64,000 bases of DNA from a candidate division WOR-3 bacterium UBA2258 (lineage in GTDB: Bacteria > Hydrothermota > Tepidihabitantia > Tepidihabitantales > Tepidihabitantaceae), in assembly GCA_002347155.1 (NCBI GenBank), contig DDXO01000113.1, positions 1,570 through 65,569 of the forward strand. Reading direction: 5' to 3'. Under the pieces are notes generated by a model. That model made no database searches. It was not told the origin of the DNA and was given only the letters and a program-made list of their open reading frames with translations. Positions 37,690-48,509 of the stretch are shown piece after piece. The translations under genes and the position numbers were made by a program. Each line of letters opens with the position of its first letter. Position 1 is the first letter of the stretch.

Positions 37690-39531
37690 TCAAGAGGAAG
37701 CACGGGCCGGACGCAGCAGCGGCCTGAGGGCCCGGAGACGGCGGAGAAGGTCTTGCCGGCCGAGCTTCTGGAGCGCGCGCTGGGCGTAGACGTAGTTGCC
37801 GGGCTCGTGGAGCTGCAGCAGGGCGCGCTGCAGTCTGACTTCTTTCGGGTCGCGCGGCACGTAAAGCGGCTTGCCGGTGAACGGGTCTTTGCCGGTATGC
37901 CAGGCAGCGGCCGCAGCGGTCATTGGCAGCGGCGTGAACTGCTGGACCTGGCGGATAAAGAGCCGCTCGGTGCGCACGAGAAACTCGGCGAGTTCGAGCG
38001 CATCGTCGACGGTCGAGCCGGGATGGCCGGAAATGAAGTAGGGAATCAGGTACTGCTTCCGGCCGAGCCGGCGGTTCGCATCGGCGAAGCGGCGGCGGAA
38101 GGCCAGGTACGAGGCGTGGGAGGGCTTATGCATGGCGGCAAGCACGCGGGAGGAGACGTGCTCCGGTGCAACACGAAGCTGGCCCGAGACGTAGTGGCGG
38201 CAGAGCTGGTCGAGGTAATCGAGGCCGCGCCTGTCGTCGAGCAGGTCGAACCGGAACCCGGTGCCGACCGAGACCCTTTTCACGCCGGGGAGTCTGCGGA
38301 CGGCCTCGAGCGCGGCCAGTTCCTCGCCGGCTGCGAGGCGCAGGTTCGGGCAGCGCTGCGGCCAGGTGCACTCGCGGTCAGGGCAGACGCGGCCGGCTGC
38401 CATCTTGGCGCAGGTCGCGGCGTACATGTTCGCGGTCGGGCCGCCGACGTCGGTGATGTGTCCTTTGAAGCCCTCAAGCCGGGTGATCCGTGCCGCCTCG
38501 GCAAGGATTGACTTCCTGCTCCGCCACTGAATGATGCGGCCCTGGTGAGCGGCGAGGGAGCAGAATGTGCAGGAGCCGAGACAGCCGCGGTGCGACGTTA
38601 TTGAGAACCGGACAGTCTCGAGCGCTGGTATCTTCTCCTTGTAGTCGGGATGCGGCAGGCGCGTGTACGGGAGGTCGTAGACATGATCGAGTTCGTCCTG
38701 CGGCATCGGCTCAGGCAAAGGGTAGTGGACGACCCAGCGGTCCGCGTGCACCTGCGCCACGACTCGGCCGTGAGGATTGTCGGCTTCGTGGTGCCAGAGG
38801 CGGAAAGCTTCATTGAACGCCTCTTTGTCAGTGCTGACCCGCTCGTACGACGGCAGCGCGACCGCATCGAGCGGCGGCTCCCGGCGATTGACGCAACTGC
38901 CGCGGATGCCGTCCAGAAGGGACGGGGCGAGGGGAGAGGGGCAAGGGGCGGGGGGCACGGAACCGAGGCGGCGGGCGACTTCGACCACTGCTCTTTCTGC
39001 CATGCCGTAGAGCAGGATGTCGGCGCGCGTGTCGAGCAGGAGCGAGCGCCGGACCGCGTCTTCCCAGTAGTCGTAGTGCGCGAGCCGGCGCAGGCTGGCC
39101 TCGACGCCGCCGATGACGAGCGGCACGTCCTTGTAGGCTTCGCGCAGGCGATTGCAGTAGACGGTAGTCGCACGGTCGGGGCGCAGGCCCGGTCTGCCGC
39201 CGGGTGAGAAGTCGTCCGCGCGCCGGCGCTGTCGGGTCGGGCTGTGGTTGGCGACGAGCGAATCAACATTGCCGGCCGCGACTCCAAAAAAGAGTCGCGG
39301 CCGGCCGAGAGAAACGAAGTCTTCGAGCCCGGACCAGCGGGGCTGGGCGATGACGCCGACGCGGAAGCCCGCGTCGAGCAGGACCCGCGCTATTACCGCG
39401 CTACCGAACGAAGGGTGGTCGACGTAAGCGTCACCGGTAACGATGATGACGTCACACGATTCCCACCCGAGCGCCGCCATCCCCGGTCGGGACAGCGGCG
39501 GCAATACCGCCGCTGGAGCGGCGGGGTGCAT
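37690..39531 (-). CDS. ygiQ: YgiQ (UPF0313) family radical SAM protein
   Basis: N-terminal [17 protein letters not shown] (YgiQ hallmark); radical [12 protein letters not shown]; length ~613 aa. Confidence 0.85.
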   Translation of the reverse strand: MHPAAPAAVLPPLSRPGMAALGWESCDVIIVTGDAYVDHPSFGSAVIARVLLDAGFRVGVIAQPRWSGLEDFVSLGRPRLFFGVAAGNVDSLVANHSPTRQRRRADDFSPGGRPGLRPDRATTVYCNRLREAYKDVPLVIGGVEASLRRLAHYDYWEDAVRRSLLLDTRADILLYGMAERAVVEVARRLGSVPPAPCPSPLAPSLLDGIRGSCVNRREPPLDAVALPSYERVSTDKEAFNEAFRLWHHEADNPHGRVVAQVHADRWVVHYPLPEPMPQDELDHVYDLPYTRLPHPDYKEKIPALETVRFSITSHRGCLGSCTFCSLAAHQGRIIQWRSRKSILAEAARITRLEGFKGHITDVGGPTANMYAATCAKMAAGRVCPDRECTWPQRCPNLRLAAGEELAALEAVRRLPGVKRVSVGTGFRFDLLDDRRGLDYLDQLCRHYVSGQLRVAPEHVSSRVLAAMHKPSHASYLAFRRRFADANRRLGRKQYLIPYFISGHPGSTVDDALELAEFLVRTERLFIRQVQQFTPLPMTAAAAAWHTGKDPFTGKPLYVPRDPKEVRLQRALLQLHEPGNYVYAQRALQKLGRQDLLRRLRALRPLLRPARASS

Positions 39532-40142
39532 CAGGGCAGAGCCTGAAGCTTGGTCTTGGTCGAGTCTGTCAGTCCTTCACCGTCAGTGATCTCGGACAGG
39601 GCCTCCTGCGCCAGTTCGACTGCGTCATCGGTGTTGAGCGCCTTGGGGGCGACGATGTCGAGCAGCTCCTGGGTTTCCCTGTCCCACTCCCGTCCGGCGA
39701 TAGTGTAGTAGGAATCGTCATCGGGCACGTCAAGGCTCTCTTCGTTGCAGCAGAAGGTCGGTACAATCGCGTTCGAGGTCCCGCCGCCGGCAGCAATGAA
39801 GGAGAAGTCCTTGAGTATCATCATGTACTGGTAGTCGGGGATGTTCGGACTGAACACGAGCCCGGCCGGGAACTTGACCTGGACATCGCCGCTGTTGCTG
39901 TTGCTGACAACCAGCCACAGGGGCAGGTCCGACTCCGGGATGACGTCATCGTAGCCGTACATCGAGTCGATGCTGACACCGTTCGGCAACGAGTAGGACT
40001 GAATGTTCTCCGACATGGGCTGGAAAGCTCCGCGCTCCCATGCCCGCTCCGGGGCTTTGCCCTGGTCGCAAGCGCTCCCCGTCAGTAACACGAAGGCTGC
40101 GGTCAGAACGAGCAGACTGAACAGACGAGATGCGTGTTTCAT
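39531..40142 (-). CDS. lipoprotein, paralogue 2 of the CC-motif (TFCCN) family
   Basis: Signal [16 protein letters not shown]; [18 protein letters not shown]; similar to 37072..37677. Confidence 0.5.
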   Translation of the reverse strand: MKHASRLFSLLVLTAAFVLLTGSACDQGKAPERAWERGAFQPMSENIQSYSLPNGVSIDSMYGYDDVIPESDLPLWLVVSNSNSGDVQVKFPAGLVFSPNIPDYQYMMILKDFSFIAAGGGTSNAIVPTFCCNEESLDVPDDDSYYTIAGREWDRETQELLDIVAPKALNTDDAVELAQEALSEITDGEGLTDSTKTKLQALP

Positions 40143-40291
40143 GCATACATGATGGACAGGAAAAAACGGATGTCAACCCGCGACAACCGGCTCCTGTCTC
40201 AGGTCAGGGCTGGAAAGCGGCCGGGGAAGTCACCCGGTTGTCATACGGTCAGGCAACCTGGTTACGAGCTGGCCGGAACTGAAGCCCGTCG

Positions 40292-41785
40292 CTAGAGAAG
40301 GACGAGCCTGCGTGTGAAGCACGTTCCCGGCCCTCTGAGCTGGAGGAAGAACGTGCCCGCCGGAACCCGATCGCCGGACTGCAACTTCCGGTCCCAGTTC
40401 CAGAACTGGGGTCCGGGCTCGAGCCACGCCTGAAACACGTTCGCTACGAGGCGGCCGGCGGCGTCGTAGACTGCGAGCGAGTAGCTGCCCGGCCGGCTGA
40501 TGGTCGCGCTGAACTGCACTGTCCCGACCGCGGGGTTGGGCCACGCGGCAGGAAGCCGTAATCGCGCTTCGGTGGCCGGGTCCTCGGGAGAGGAGAGCCA
40601 CGGCGCGCTAAACCAGACGCCCAGGGGTCCGGCGTCGGACTGCTGGCTGTAGAACAGACCCGGCAGCCGCATCGGCGCGTGCGGCACATAGACGAGCTTT
40701 GGCGGGAGCCTGGATAGTGGACGCCGGCTGACCTTGACCGGTTCCAGCCAGCCGTCGAGGTTAAGGGAGTTAGCGCACGTCCACCATGCCGCGACTGAGT
40801 CTCCGTTGCGCCGGCTGCTGGAGCTGTAGCAGAGACTGACATAGTCGTTTGGAGCGGACCGGTCAACGGCAAGGCAGGGCTGCTGCTCGTCACGGAACGA
40901 GTTACCGAACGGCAGACCCGGGGTCCAGGTCGAACCGCCGTCCGCGCTCGCCGAGTACTCGAGGTCGAGCACCGCCGTATCGCGGCGCCCGGCGGTGTAG
41001 AAAATCCAGACTGCGGCCTGGAATTCCGGGCTGGAGTCGGCCTGTACTACGGTCGGTTCGAGGCACTGACCCGCGAAGGTGTCGCTCACGACCCGGTATG
41101 TAGACCAGTAGCCGGGCATCGCGTAGTGGCGGTTATAGGAATAGTGAATCTCGCCGCCATTGAGCGCGTAGCGCCAGGCGCAGTGAACCGTAGAGCCGTT
41201 CGTGTAGGAAACGCATGGGTCCCACGCGTTCCACCAGTCGGTTCCCGCCTCCCAGGACGCGCCGTAGTCGAGTGACCGGGTGAAGGTGCCGGTGCGGCCG
41301 GTACGGTGCTCGTTTGCATAAAGGCAGTAAAGGTAGTAGTGGTCGTCGCGGTCGAGCGCTGCCGAAAAGTCGTCAACCGTGTCCGGACCCACCGCGACCG
41401 GCGCCAGTGAGAACAGGCCCGAGTCAGGGCCGATCCGTGCCAGCCACAAGTCACCGGCACCCCCGGCCACGAGCAGGAAAATGTAGAGAAACGAGGAGTC
41501 GCCCTGGCCGAAGAGCAGTTGCAGCTTCCGAACTGCCGAGTCGGCGCGGACCGCGCCGCGGGTCTGCCAACTGGAGCCGAAATCACTCGAGCGATAGAGC
41601 CCGACTGTGTGGTCGGCGTTCGCAACTGCCGCCCAGATAACCCCGGCGGTGTCGGCCACCGCATCAAAGGCACTGACCTTGCCGGTGTCGACCAGGACTT
41701 CCGATTCCCAGAACCCGGCGAGCGCGACCGACCCGGCCGCCAGCAGAGACAGGATGGTACCTGCGCTTCGCACCGACATATTCAA
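40292..41785 (-). CDS. secreted BNR/Asp-box repeat (sialidase-like beta-propeller) protein with T9SS-type C-terminal sorting domain
   Basis: Asp-box motifs SSDFGSSW, SLDYGASW, SADGGSTW. C-terminus LAVYDAAGRLVANV...GTFFLQLRGPGTCFTRRLVLL. Confidence 0.65.
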   Translation of the reverse strand: MNMSVRSAGTILSLLAAGSVALAGFWESEVLVDTGKVSAFDAVADTAGVIWAAVANADHTVGLYRSSDFGSSWQTRGAVRADSAVRKLQLLFGQGDSSFLYIFLLVAGGAGDLWLARIGPDSGLFSLAPVAVGPDTVDDFSAALDRDDHYYLYCLYANEHRTGRTGTFTRSLDYGASWEAGTDWWNAWDPCVSYTNGSTVHCAWRYALNGGEIHYSYNRHYAMPGYWSTYRVVSDTFAGQCLEPTVVQADSSPEFQAAVWIFYTAGRRDTAVLDLEYSASADGGSTWTPGLPFGNSFRDEQQPCLAVDRSAPNDYVSLCYSSSSRRNGDSVAAWWTCANSLNLDGWLEPVKVSRRPLSRLPPKLVYVPHAPMRLPGLFYSQQSDAGPLGVWFSAPWLSSPEDPATEARLRLPAAWPNPAVGTVQFSATISRPGSYSLAVYDAAGRLVANVFQAWLEPGPQFWNWDRKLQSGDRVPAGTFFLQLRGPGTCFTRRLVLL

Positions 41786-41936
41786 GCTTCGACGCTGACG
41801 AAGTCAAGGGCAGAAGTGAAGAGGGAGACCGTGGGACAACAGCCCTGGCTGAGACGTCGAGGACTGACGTCGGAGTTGGAAGGGCCGGCGGAGTTGGATT
41901 GACAGCCGGAACCGACCGGTTACATTTAAGGCAAGC

Positions 41937-44225
41937 ATGACGCGATGCAGCAGCGTTGTTATAGCCGGCGGGCGGTGGCCCACGCCTGGACGGCTTGCGG
42001 TCACAGGCAGCCTGCTGCTCGCAATCGCCCACGCCGGAATCCTCGCGCCGCAATGGTCGCGTCCGCTCGATGCCGGTCTGGTGTCGGCCGCGGTCGGCGC
42101 GAGCACGTACAATACCGAGCGCCTGTTCCTGCTGCTAGCCGACGGGCGCGTCGTCGCGGTCTCGGCAGGCGATAGTCTCCGCGAAGTCGGCCGAGCGCCA
42201 ACCGGCGCAACTGCACTGGTAGCGCTGTCGACGCCCCCGCTCGGCGCGTCGGACATCGCGCTGTTCCTGACGGTCAAAACCCCCGGCGCCTGCGACCTTG
42301 TGGCGTGGAACCGCAACGGACAGGAACTCTGGAGGTCGCCCATTGCCGGGATGACTGCGGTCGACAGCCTCTTTCTGGTCGCCGAGGCCGAGAACCGGGC
42401 CGAGTTCTGCGCCTGGCAACGAGGCGAGCCCTGGCTGGTCATTGTCGGCAAGCGGCTCTGGCAGTACTCGGCGAGCGCCATCCGTCTCAAGCCTGGGTTC
42501 ACTCCGCGCGACGCGCTGGTCTGTGACTTGAACCGCGATGGCTCGCCCGAGCTCGTGTTCTTCGACGGCGCGCGACTAGCGGTCTTCCACGTCCGGCAGG
42601 AGCGTGAGCTCCGCTGCCAGTGGCCGACCTCAGGGCTCGCCGCAGAGCTCATCCCAAAGCCGCTTATCGCCTGCACGGTGTTCGACTCCATCCCGATGCT
42701 GCTGGTCGTTACCGGCGAGACCCTGCGCTATGTCAACGCCATGACTGGGGACGAAGAACACCGGCTCGTTGCCGGCTCCGCCTCTGGCCTGCCCGGCAGG
42801 GTCGATGTGGTCGCCGCCCGCGGTGCGGCCGCCTATGCGGCCGGCGCCGACTCCTCGGCGCGCTGCTACGTGGCGCGGCTCGCGGCGAGCGGCCCGGCGC
42901 GGGAGCACACGCTTCTGCGACTGGCGCCCGGCGCGCGGGTCAGGTCTCTTGCCATGCTTGGCGACTGGCCGATGGTTCAGGTCCGCGGCGCAGGCGAAAC
43001 GGATGACCTGGTCCTCTGCGCTCCGGGGCTGACCGGCACGGCTGACAGATCGCCGGGATACGGCCGCGTCCGGCTCCTGCGTATCATCCAGCTACGAATC
43101 GACGAAGACACCTTTCCCGACCTGGTTGTGCTGCGCACGGCCGGTGACGCGCGCTGGCGGATTGACGTCTTCGCAAATCGGGTCGGGCAGCTCGCCGACG
43201 AACTGCAGCGGGCACGTCAGGTCCTGCTGCGCGCGGCCCTTGGCCAGAGCGATAACGCGGTGCGGCGCGCCGTCCGCCGCGTGCGCGAACTCGAGCGCGA
43301 AACGGGCGTGGGCGACTTCGGCCAGGAGCGAAGCGTCCTTGACCGGTTCCAGACGTCGGCCCGACGGCGCCGGACTGTTGCCTACGCCGGCGCGCTGGTC
43401 GCCGCCCTGTTGGCCGCTGGCCTCGGCTGGCTGGTGCTTAGGCGCCGCCGCAGATCGCCGGTTCAGCAGATTGAGAAGCTGCCTGTCGCGGACCGGGTGG
43501 CGCTGGCCGCGGACCTGATAGCGCTCGACCACAACTTCATGTCCAAGGGCAACCGGCCGGCAGGGTTTGAGCGGCTTATCGAAATCCGCAACCGCTATGG
43601 TCTCGATCGCGACCGCGACCTCGGCCAGGCCGGGCAAGTGAGCAGCGAGCGGTTGCCGAGCGTCTACGCCGGAGCCATCACCCGGCTCATCGACTCCACT
43701 ACCACTGTGCGACTGCTCGATCTCATCCAGAACGCGGCCCGGAGTTCGCCGCGCGGCCACGAATTCGAGTTCCTTGAACTCAGCCCGGCAGAACTCAGGC
43801 GGCTTGAGCGCCGACCCGGCATCAGGCTGATCGCAGTTGCCAACCACGAATCCCCGGACTATCTGCGCCACTTCCGCGTCTTCGCTAACCCCGAGGTGCG
43901 GGGAACGCTTGAGCACATCGTACTCGACCACATCCGCCACGCCGCCAACTGGGCCCACATCATCACCAGCTACACGGTCAACACCCAGTGGAACCGCCGT
44001 CTGCTCATTTCGTTCCGGTCGGACAGCCCGCATGTTATCCCGTTCGCAGACCCGCGAGCTCACATCACGAGCCGGCTGCGGGAACTCCAGGCGATGCTTC
44101 GCCCCGCAGTTGACGTCCCGCGCGACGCGGGCGCGCTGGTCGGCCCGCTCGAGCGACTCTGGCTTTCGATAGCCGACTACATCGCAGTGCTCGAGGAAGC
44201 CCGGGCGCGGACTTCAGTCCCTTGA
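41937..44225 (+). CDS. membrane protein: N-terminal extracytoplasmic repeat domain, single TM (LVAALLAAGLGWLVL), ~270-aa cytoplasmic domain of unknown function
   Basis: Hydrophobic signal/TM near the N-terminus, TM near residue 490 followed by RRRRR. Possible sensor partner of the downstream sigma-54 activator. Confidence 0.55.
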   Translation: MTRCSSVVIAGGRWPTPGRLAVTGSLLLAIAHAGILAPQWSRPLDAGLVSAAVGASTYNTERLFLLLADGRVVAVSAGDSLREVGRAPTGATALVALSTPPLGASDIALFLTVKTPGACDLVAWNRNGQELWRSPIAGMTAVDSLFLVAEAENRAEFCAWQRGEPWLVIVGKRLWQYSASAIRLKPGFTPRDALVCDLNRDGSPELVFFDGARLAVFHVRQERELRCQWPTSGLAAELIPKPLIACTVFDSIPMLLVVTGETLRYVNAMTGDEEHRLVAGSASGLPGRVDVVAARGAAAYAAGADSSARCYVARLAASGPAREHTLLRLAPGARVRSLAMLGDWPMVQVRGAGETDDLVLCAPGLTGTADRSPGYGRVRLLRIIQLRIDEDTFPDLVVLRTAGDARWRIDVFANRVGQLADELQRARQVLLRAALGQSDNAVRRAVRRVRELERETGVGDFGQERSVLDRFQTSARRRRTVAYAGALVAALLAAGLGWLVLRRRRRSPVQQIEKLPVADRVALAADLIALDHNFMSKGNRPAGFERLIEIRNRYGLDRDRDLGQAGQVSSERLPSVYAGAITRLIDSTTTVRLLDLIQNAARSSPRGHEFEFLELSPAELRRLERRPGIRLIAVANHESPDYLRHFRVFANPEVRGTLEHIVLDHIRHAANWAHIITSYTVNTQWNRRLLISFRSDSPHVIPFADPRAHITSRLRELQAMLRPAVDVPRDAGALVGPLERLWLSIADYIAVLEEARARTSVP

Positions 44226-44281
44226 CTTACGGCTGGCGCTCCATACACTTAGCCAGTTGAGCGCTACCCGGATTCCACACG

Positions 44282-45928
44282 ATGGCTAAGCCGGTCATCC
44301 TGGTGGTCGACGACCTTGCGACCAGCTTCGAGAGCCTGGTCAGCAGCATCAGCCGGTACGACGGCGGCCGGCTGGCACGCGAGTTCGACTACATTCACCT
44401 CGACTGCTTCTCCGTGCTTCGGCAATGGTACAACCGGAACCGGTCCCGTTTCGTGTCGCTGATAGTCCAGGACGTGGACTTCAGCCACATCCAGGACGAA
44501 AAGAAACTGGTTGACTATCCGGACATCCTCAAACCGCTGCAGCGTACACTCGACATCAAAGCCCTGCAGGGTTTCCTCATCTACGGTTACCTCCGCCAGG
44601 GCAACATCGACCGCATTGCTCCGGTCATCTTCGTCTCCTGCCGCATCGGAATGGAATCAACCAGCGAGTTCTCTGAGTTCATCATCCGGCCTGGGTATGG
44701 ACTCTGCTCCTTCGTGCCGGAGAGCGCGGTCGGGGACCAGTACTACCCGAAGATTGCCGAGTCCATCGACGCCCTTGCCATCCGGCCCCTGACCGACGAA
44801 CAGCGCAGCCACTGGACCAACGAGCACCATCTGGTGATCGGCCGGGCGCGCAAAATGGCTTTCCTGGCCTACGAGATCGAACGGATTGGCCCGTCCGACG
44901 CCACCGTCCTCTTGCTGGGCGGGCCGGGTGTGGGCAAGGAACTCGTCGCCAATGCGCTGCACCGCTGCAGCTACCGCCATGTCGAAAACGACCCCGGTCG
45001 GGAATACCCGCTGACTGTCAACATGGCCGCGCTGAGCCCCAACCTGGTAGAAGACGAACTCTTCGGGCACCAGCGCGGAGCATTCACCGGCGCAACCGGA
45101 GAACGGGCGGGAATCCTCGAGTCGGCGCGGGGCTCGACCGTCTTTCTCGACGAGATCGGAGACATTGGGCAGGATACGCAGGTCAAACTCCTTCGGGCGA
45201 TGGAATACCACCGGATCAAGCGTGTCGGCAGCTCGCGCGAAATGAGCATTGACATGCGCATCATCGCCGCCACCAACCGGACCGTACCCGAGCTCCAGAC
45301 ACGGTTCCGACCCGATTTCTACGGTCGGCTGGTCCAGCACTGCATCCCGGTGCCGTCGATCCGCGAACGCTGGGAAAACGAGCCGGGCGACACTGTCGAG
45401 GCCGATATTGAAGACCTCGCCCAGTTCACAATCCGGACTATGAATGCCAGCCCCAGGCACAAACGCCACCTCGGAATCGAGCGCACTGCGGTCAAATTGA
45501 TCCGGCAGGTCGTGCAGCAGCACGTTGACGGCGGCGAAGACCTGCTCGAAGGAAACATCCGGACGCTCCGGAACATCATCGAGCGCGCGTACGAACGTGC
45601 TCAGTACGACGGCAGCGCTGAAATCGGCCTCGGGCATGTGATGCCCGCGCTCGGCATGGTCAGGCTCCTCAACGCCCAGACGCCACGCCCTGCCGTTGCC
45701 GGACCCAGCCAGCAAGACCAGACTGCCGTACCCGCTGCCATCCCGACGCCGACCACCGATCCGTTTGCGCTGCGTAACCTTGTCGGAACCCTCAATCTGC
45801 AGGACATAGAGCGTCGAGCCATCAAAGAAGCCCTTGAAAAGACGGGCAACAACCAGACTCACGCTGCCGAACTTCTCGGCATTCACCGCGATACCCTCCG
45901 CCGCAAAATGGCGGAGCACGAACTATGA
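44282..45928 (+). CDS. sigma-54-dependent transcriptional regulator (NtrC family) with divergent N-terminal receiver-like domain
   Basis: ILVVDD receiver start. AAA+ motifs LLLGGPGVGKELVANALH, EDELFGHQRGAFTGA, GSTVFLDEIGD, RIIAATN. Fis-type HTH TGNNQTHAAELLGIHRDTLRRKM. Confidence 0.85.
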   Translation: MAKPVILVVDDLATSFESLVSSISRYDGGRLAREFDYIHLDCFSVLRQWYNRNRSRFVSLIVQDVDFSHIQDEKKLVDYPDILKPLQRTLDIKALQGFLIYGYLRQGNIDRIAPVIFVSCRIGMESTSEFSEFIIRPGYGLCSFVPESAVGDQYYPKIAESIDALAIRPLTDEQRSHWTNEHHLVIGRARKMAFLAYEIERIGPSDATVLLLGGPGVGKELVANALHRCSYRHVENDPGREYPLTVNMAALSPNLVEDELFGHQRGAFTGATGERAGILESARGSTVFLDEIGDIGQDTQVKLLRAMEYHRIKRVGSSREMSIDMRIIAATNRTVPELQTRFRPDFYGRLVQHCIPVPSIRERWENEPGDTVEADIEDLAQFTIRTMNASPRHKRHLGIERTAVKLIRQVVQQHVDGGEDLLEGNIRTLRNIIERAYERAQYDGSAEIGLGHVMPALGMVRLLNAQTPRPAVAGPSQQDQTAVPAAIPTPTTDPFALRNLVGTLNLQDIERRAIKEALEKTGNNQTHAAELLGIHRDTLRRKMAEHEL

Positions 45929-46071
45929 TCCTACGTCCGTTGCATTTTGCTGCAGCAGACTGAAGCAGACTGCTGATTCTACGACCAGCATGCGGTCCTT
46001 CGGCGTCGGCTCGCGAAGAGGCAAGTTCTTACTTTACAGTATGTTAAATCGACGGGTCAACGCAAAGCAGG

Positions 46072-46087
46072 TTGGCATGGCATTTGC
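46072..46087 (+). promoter_or_regulatory. sigma-54 (-24/-12) promoter TGGCAT-N5-TTGCA
   Basis: ttGGcatggcattTGCa with GG and GC separated by 10 nt. It lies 300 bp upstream of the GT4 gene and directly downstream of a sigma-54 activator gene. Confidence 0.55.
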
Positions 46088-46386
46088 ACTTGTCCAAGCA
46101 CATGCTGGGATAGCGGTGGGCCCTGAGAGTCAGACCGAGCCAAGCTGAGGTTCTCTCCAGGGAAGGAAGCGCTCATAAGTCCCCTCCTCACCAGTCAACA
46201 CTCTCGACGGGGACCGACAAAGAACGCGGCGCACCAGAGCCTACGGTACGCCGCGTATCTTTTTGGGGTTTCTCCCGTCGCCCGGGTATTTTCGCGGCCT
46301 GTCAAGTCCGGGCATCGCCTCAAAGCAACCGCCTGTCAGCCCGAATCCTTGACCCGCCCCACATCTGCCAATAATATGAGCGTCCC

Positions 46387-47496
46387 ATGCGAATGCTGAT
46401 TGTGAACTGGCGTTGCGCCAGGAACCCCTTGGCCGGCGGCGCGGAGATCTACTTGCAGGAGGTGTTCTCCCGCTTGGTCAGCCGCGGCCACGGGGTGACT
46501 CTGCTCAGCGCACGTTTCCCCGGGTCGCAGCCGGAGGACGTCATTGAAGGCATCCGGATCATCCGCGCGGGCGGCAAGCTGACATTCAACTTCACGGCGG
46601 CACGCGTGGTCGGGCCTCTCGCCGAATCACTGAACGCGGACATCGTCATCGACGACCTGAACAAGATCCCCTTCTACTCTCCTTGGCACACTGGACGACC
46701 CGTCCTAGCCCTCCTGATGCACCTGTTCCGGGGCAGCATCTTCCGCGAGGTATTGCCGCCGATGGCGACCTACGTGTGGCTGGCCGAGACGATGATCCCG
46801 CTCGCATACAGACAGTGCCGGTTTGCCGTGCTCTCGGAGAGCTCCAAGAGCGATACGGTGAGAGTGGGTATCGCGCCGGACCGGATAGCTGTGATTCCAC
46901 CCGGTACCGACTTCAACCGGTTCAGCCCCGACACCACGATACCCCGCGAACGCCTCGTTCTGCATGTCGGCCGGCTCAAGCGGTACAAGGCAACTGACCA
47001 CCTGCTGCAAGCCGCCCGGCTGCTGAAGGAACGGGGCGTGGAGTTCACGACCGTGATAGTCGGCGACGGCGACGACAAACCGAGGTTGGAAGCGCTGGCC
47101 GTCAAACTCGGGCTGGGTGGGAGTATCCGGTTCACCGGGTTCGTACCGGAAGCGGAGAAGGTGAGCTGGTACCGCCGGGCTGCGGTGCTTGCCGAGAACT
47201 CGATCAAGGAAGGCTGGGGGCTGATAGTGATGGAGGCAAACGCCTGCGGAACGCCGGTGGTTGTCGCCGACTCGCCCGGCCTGCGCGATTCGTCGCGAGA
47301 TGGCATGAACGGACTCATGTACCCGTACGGTGACGTAGCCGCGCTGGCCGAGAAGCTGGAGAAGCTTTTGTCAGACGCCGCACTCCGCAACCGCCTGGGC
47401 GAGCAGGCGATTGCCTGGTCGCAGCAATACACCTGGGACGGCGCGGCAGCGGCGATGGAGCGCGTAATCGAGCAAACGATCAACGAAGGACGATGA
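46387..47496 (+). CDS. GT4-family glycosyltransferase
   Basis: C-terminal EGWGLIVMEANACGTPVVVADSPGLRD (GT4 E-x7-E region); ~369 aa. Confidence 0.8.
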   Translation: MRMLIVNWRCARNPLAGGAEIYLQEVFSRLVSRGHGVTLLSARFPGSQPEDVIEGIRIIRAGGKLTFNFTAARVVGPLAESLNADIVIDDLNKIPFYSPWHTGRPVLALLMHLFRGSIFREVLPPMATYVWLAETMIPLAYRQCRFAVLSESSKSDTVRVGIAPDRIAVIPPGTDFNRFSPDTTIPRERLVLHVGRLKRYKATDHLLQAARLLKERGVEFTTVIVGDGDDKPRLEALAVKLGLGGSIRFTGFVPEAEKVSWYRRAAVLAENSIKEGWGLIVMEANACGTPVVVADSPGLRDSSRDGMNGLMYPYGDVAALAEKLEKLLSDAALRNRLGEQAIAWSQQYTWDGAAAAMERVIEQTINEGR

Positions 47497-48509
47497 AGGA
47501 AGAACTGACGCCCGCGCTTGAAGTACAGTCGGTGGTCAAGAACTTCCGCCGCGGCCGCGGCCTTAAGCGGAAAATCACCCGGGCGGTGGACGGGGCGACG
47601 CTGACGCTGCCCCGCGGCGAGCTGTTCGGCCTGCTGGGCCCGAACGGCGCCGGTAAGACCACGCTCGTACGCTGCATCGCGACGCTCTTGATTCCCGACG
47701 CCGGCACCATCAAAGTGCTCGGCCACGACGCCTTCAAAGACTCGCTCTACTGCCGCCAGCGAATCGGGCTTCTGACCTCGGGTGAACGGACGCTGTACTG
47801 GAAGCTCTCGGCGCGCGACAACCTCAACTTCTTCGCCGCGCTGTATGGACTGACCGGTAAGGCCCGAGACAGACGGATTGACTACCTGATCGAGCTCCTC
47901 GGTCTCAAAGAGGTCGAGCGGGACCGGCTCGAGCGCTACTCGTCGGGGATGAAGCAGAAGGTGAGTCTGGCCCGGGCCATCCTGCATGACCCCGAGCTCA
48001 TCCTGCTCGACGAACCATCGCTCGGGCTCGACCCGCAGTTCGCCCGCTTCATCCGGCAATTCATCAAGGACGAGCTGAACCGGAAGCAGGGGAAGACGAT
48101 CCTGCTGACCACTCACTACATGGACGAGGCCGACGAGCTCTGCCGGCGTATTGCCTTCATCAACAAGGGCAGGATAGTCAACGTCAAGACCCCCGAGCAG
48201 TACAAACGCGACATCCCGCATACCGAGGTACTGGAAATCCGCCTCCAAGGGCAGCCCGACGCCGCACCGCTTCAGGCCCTGCCCGGGGTCGAGCGTGTCG
48301 CGTCCGATTTCAAAGACGGCGTGACCACGCTCAAGGTAGTGGCCCCGCGGGCCGAGGCGGTCCTGTCGGAGGCCATCGAGCACCTGCGCAAGGGGGGCCG
48401 GATTCTCGGGATTGACATCAAACAGCCGACGCTCGAGGACGTGTTCCTGTACGTCACCGGTACATCGCTCGGCGCCGATACCGCCGAGCACAAACCGGTA
48501 GCCGAATGA
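47493..48509 (+). CDS. ABC transporter ATP-binding protein
   Basis: Walker A GPNGAGKTT; signature YSSGMKQKVSLARA; Walker B ILLDEPSLGLD. Confidence 0.85.
   Translation: MKEELTPALEVQSVVKNFRRGRGLKRKITRAVDGATLTLPRGELFGLLGPNGAGKTTLVRCIATLLIPDAGTIKVLGHDAFKDSLYCRQRIGLLTSGERTLYWKLSARDNLNFFAALYGLTGKARDRRIDYLIELLGLKEVERDRLERYSSGMKQKVSLARAILHDPELILLDEPSLGLDPQFARFIRQFIKDELNRKQGKTILLTTHYMDEADELCRRIAFINKGRIVNVKTPEQYKRDIPHTEVLEIRLQGQPDAAPLQALPGVERVASDFKDGVTTLKVVAPRAEAVLSEAIEHLRKGGRILGIDIKQPTLEDVFLYVTGTSLGADTAEHKPVAE

Noticed and set aside
46770-48491. 573-aa minus-strand ORF spanning the GT4 and ABC ATPase genes
   Set aside because: Antisense to two genes with unambiguous GT4 and ABC motifs.
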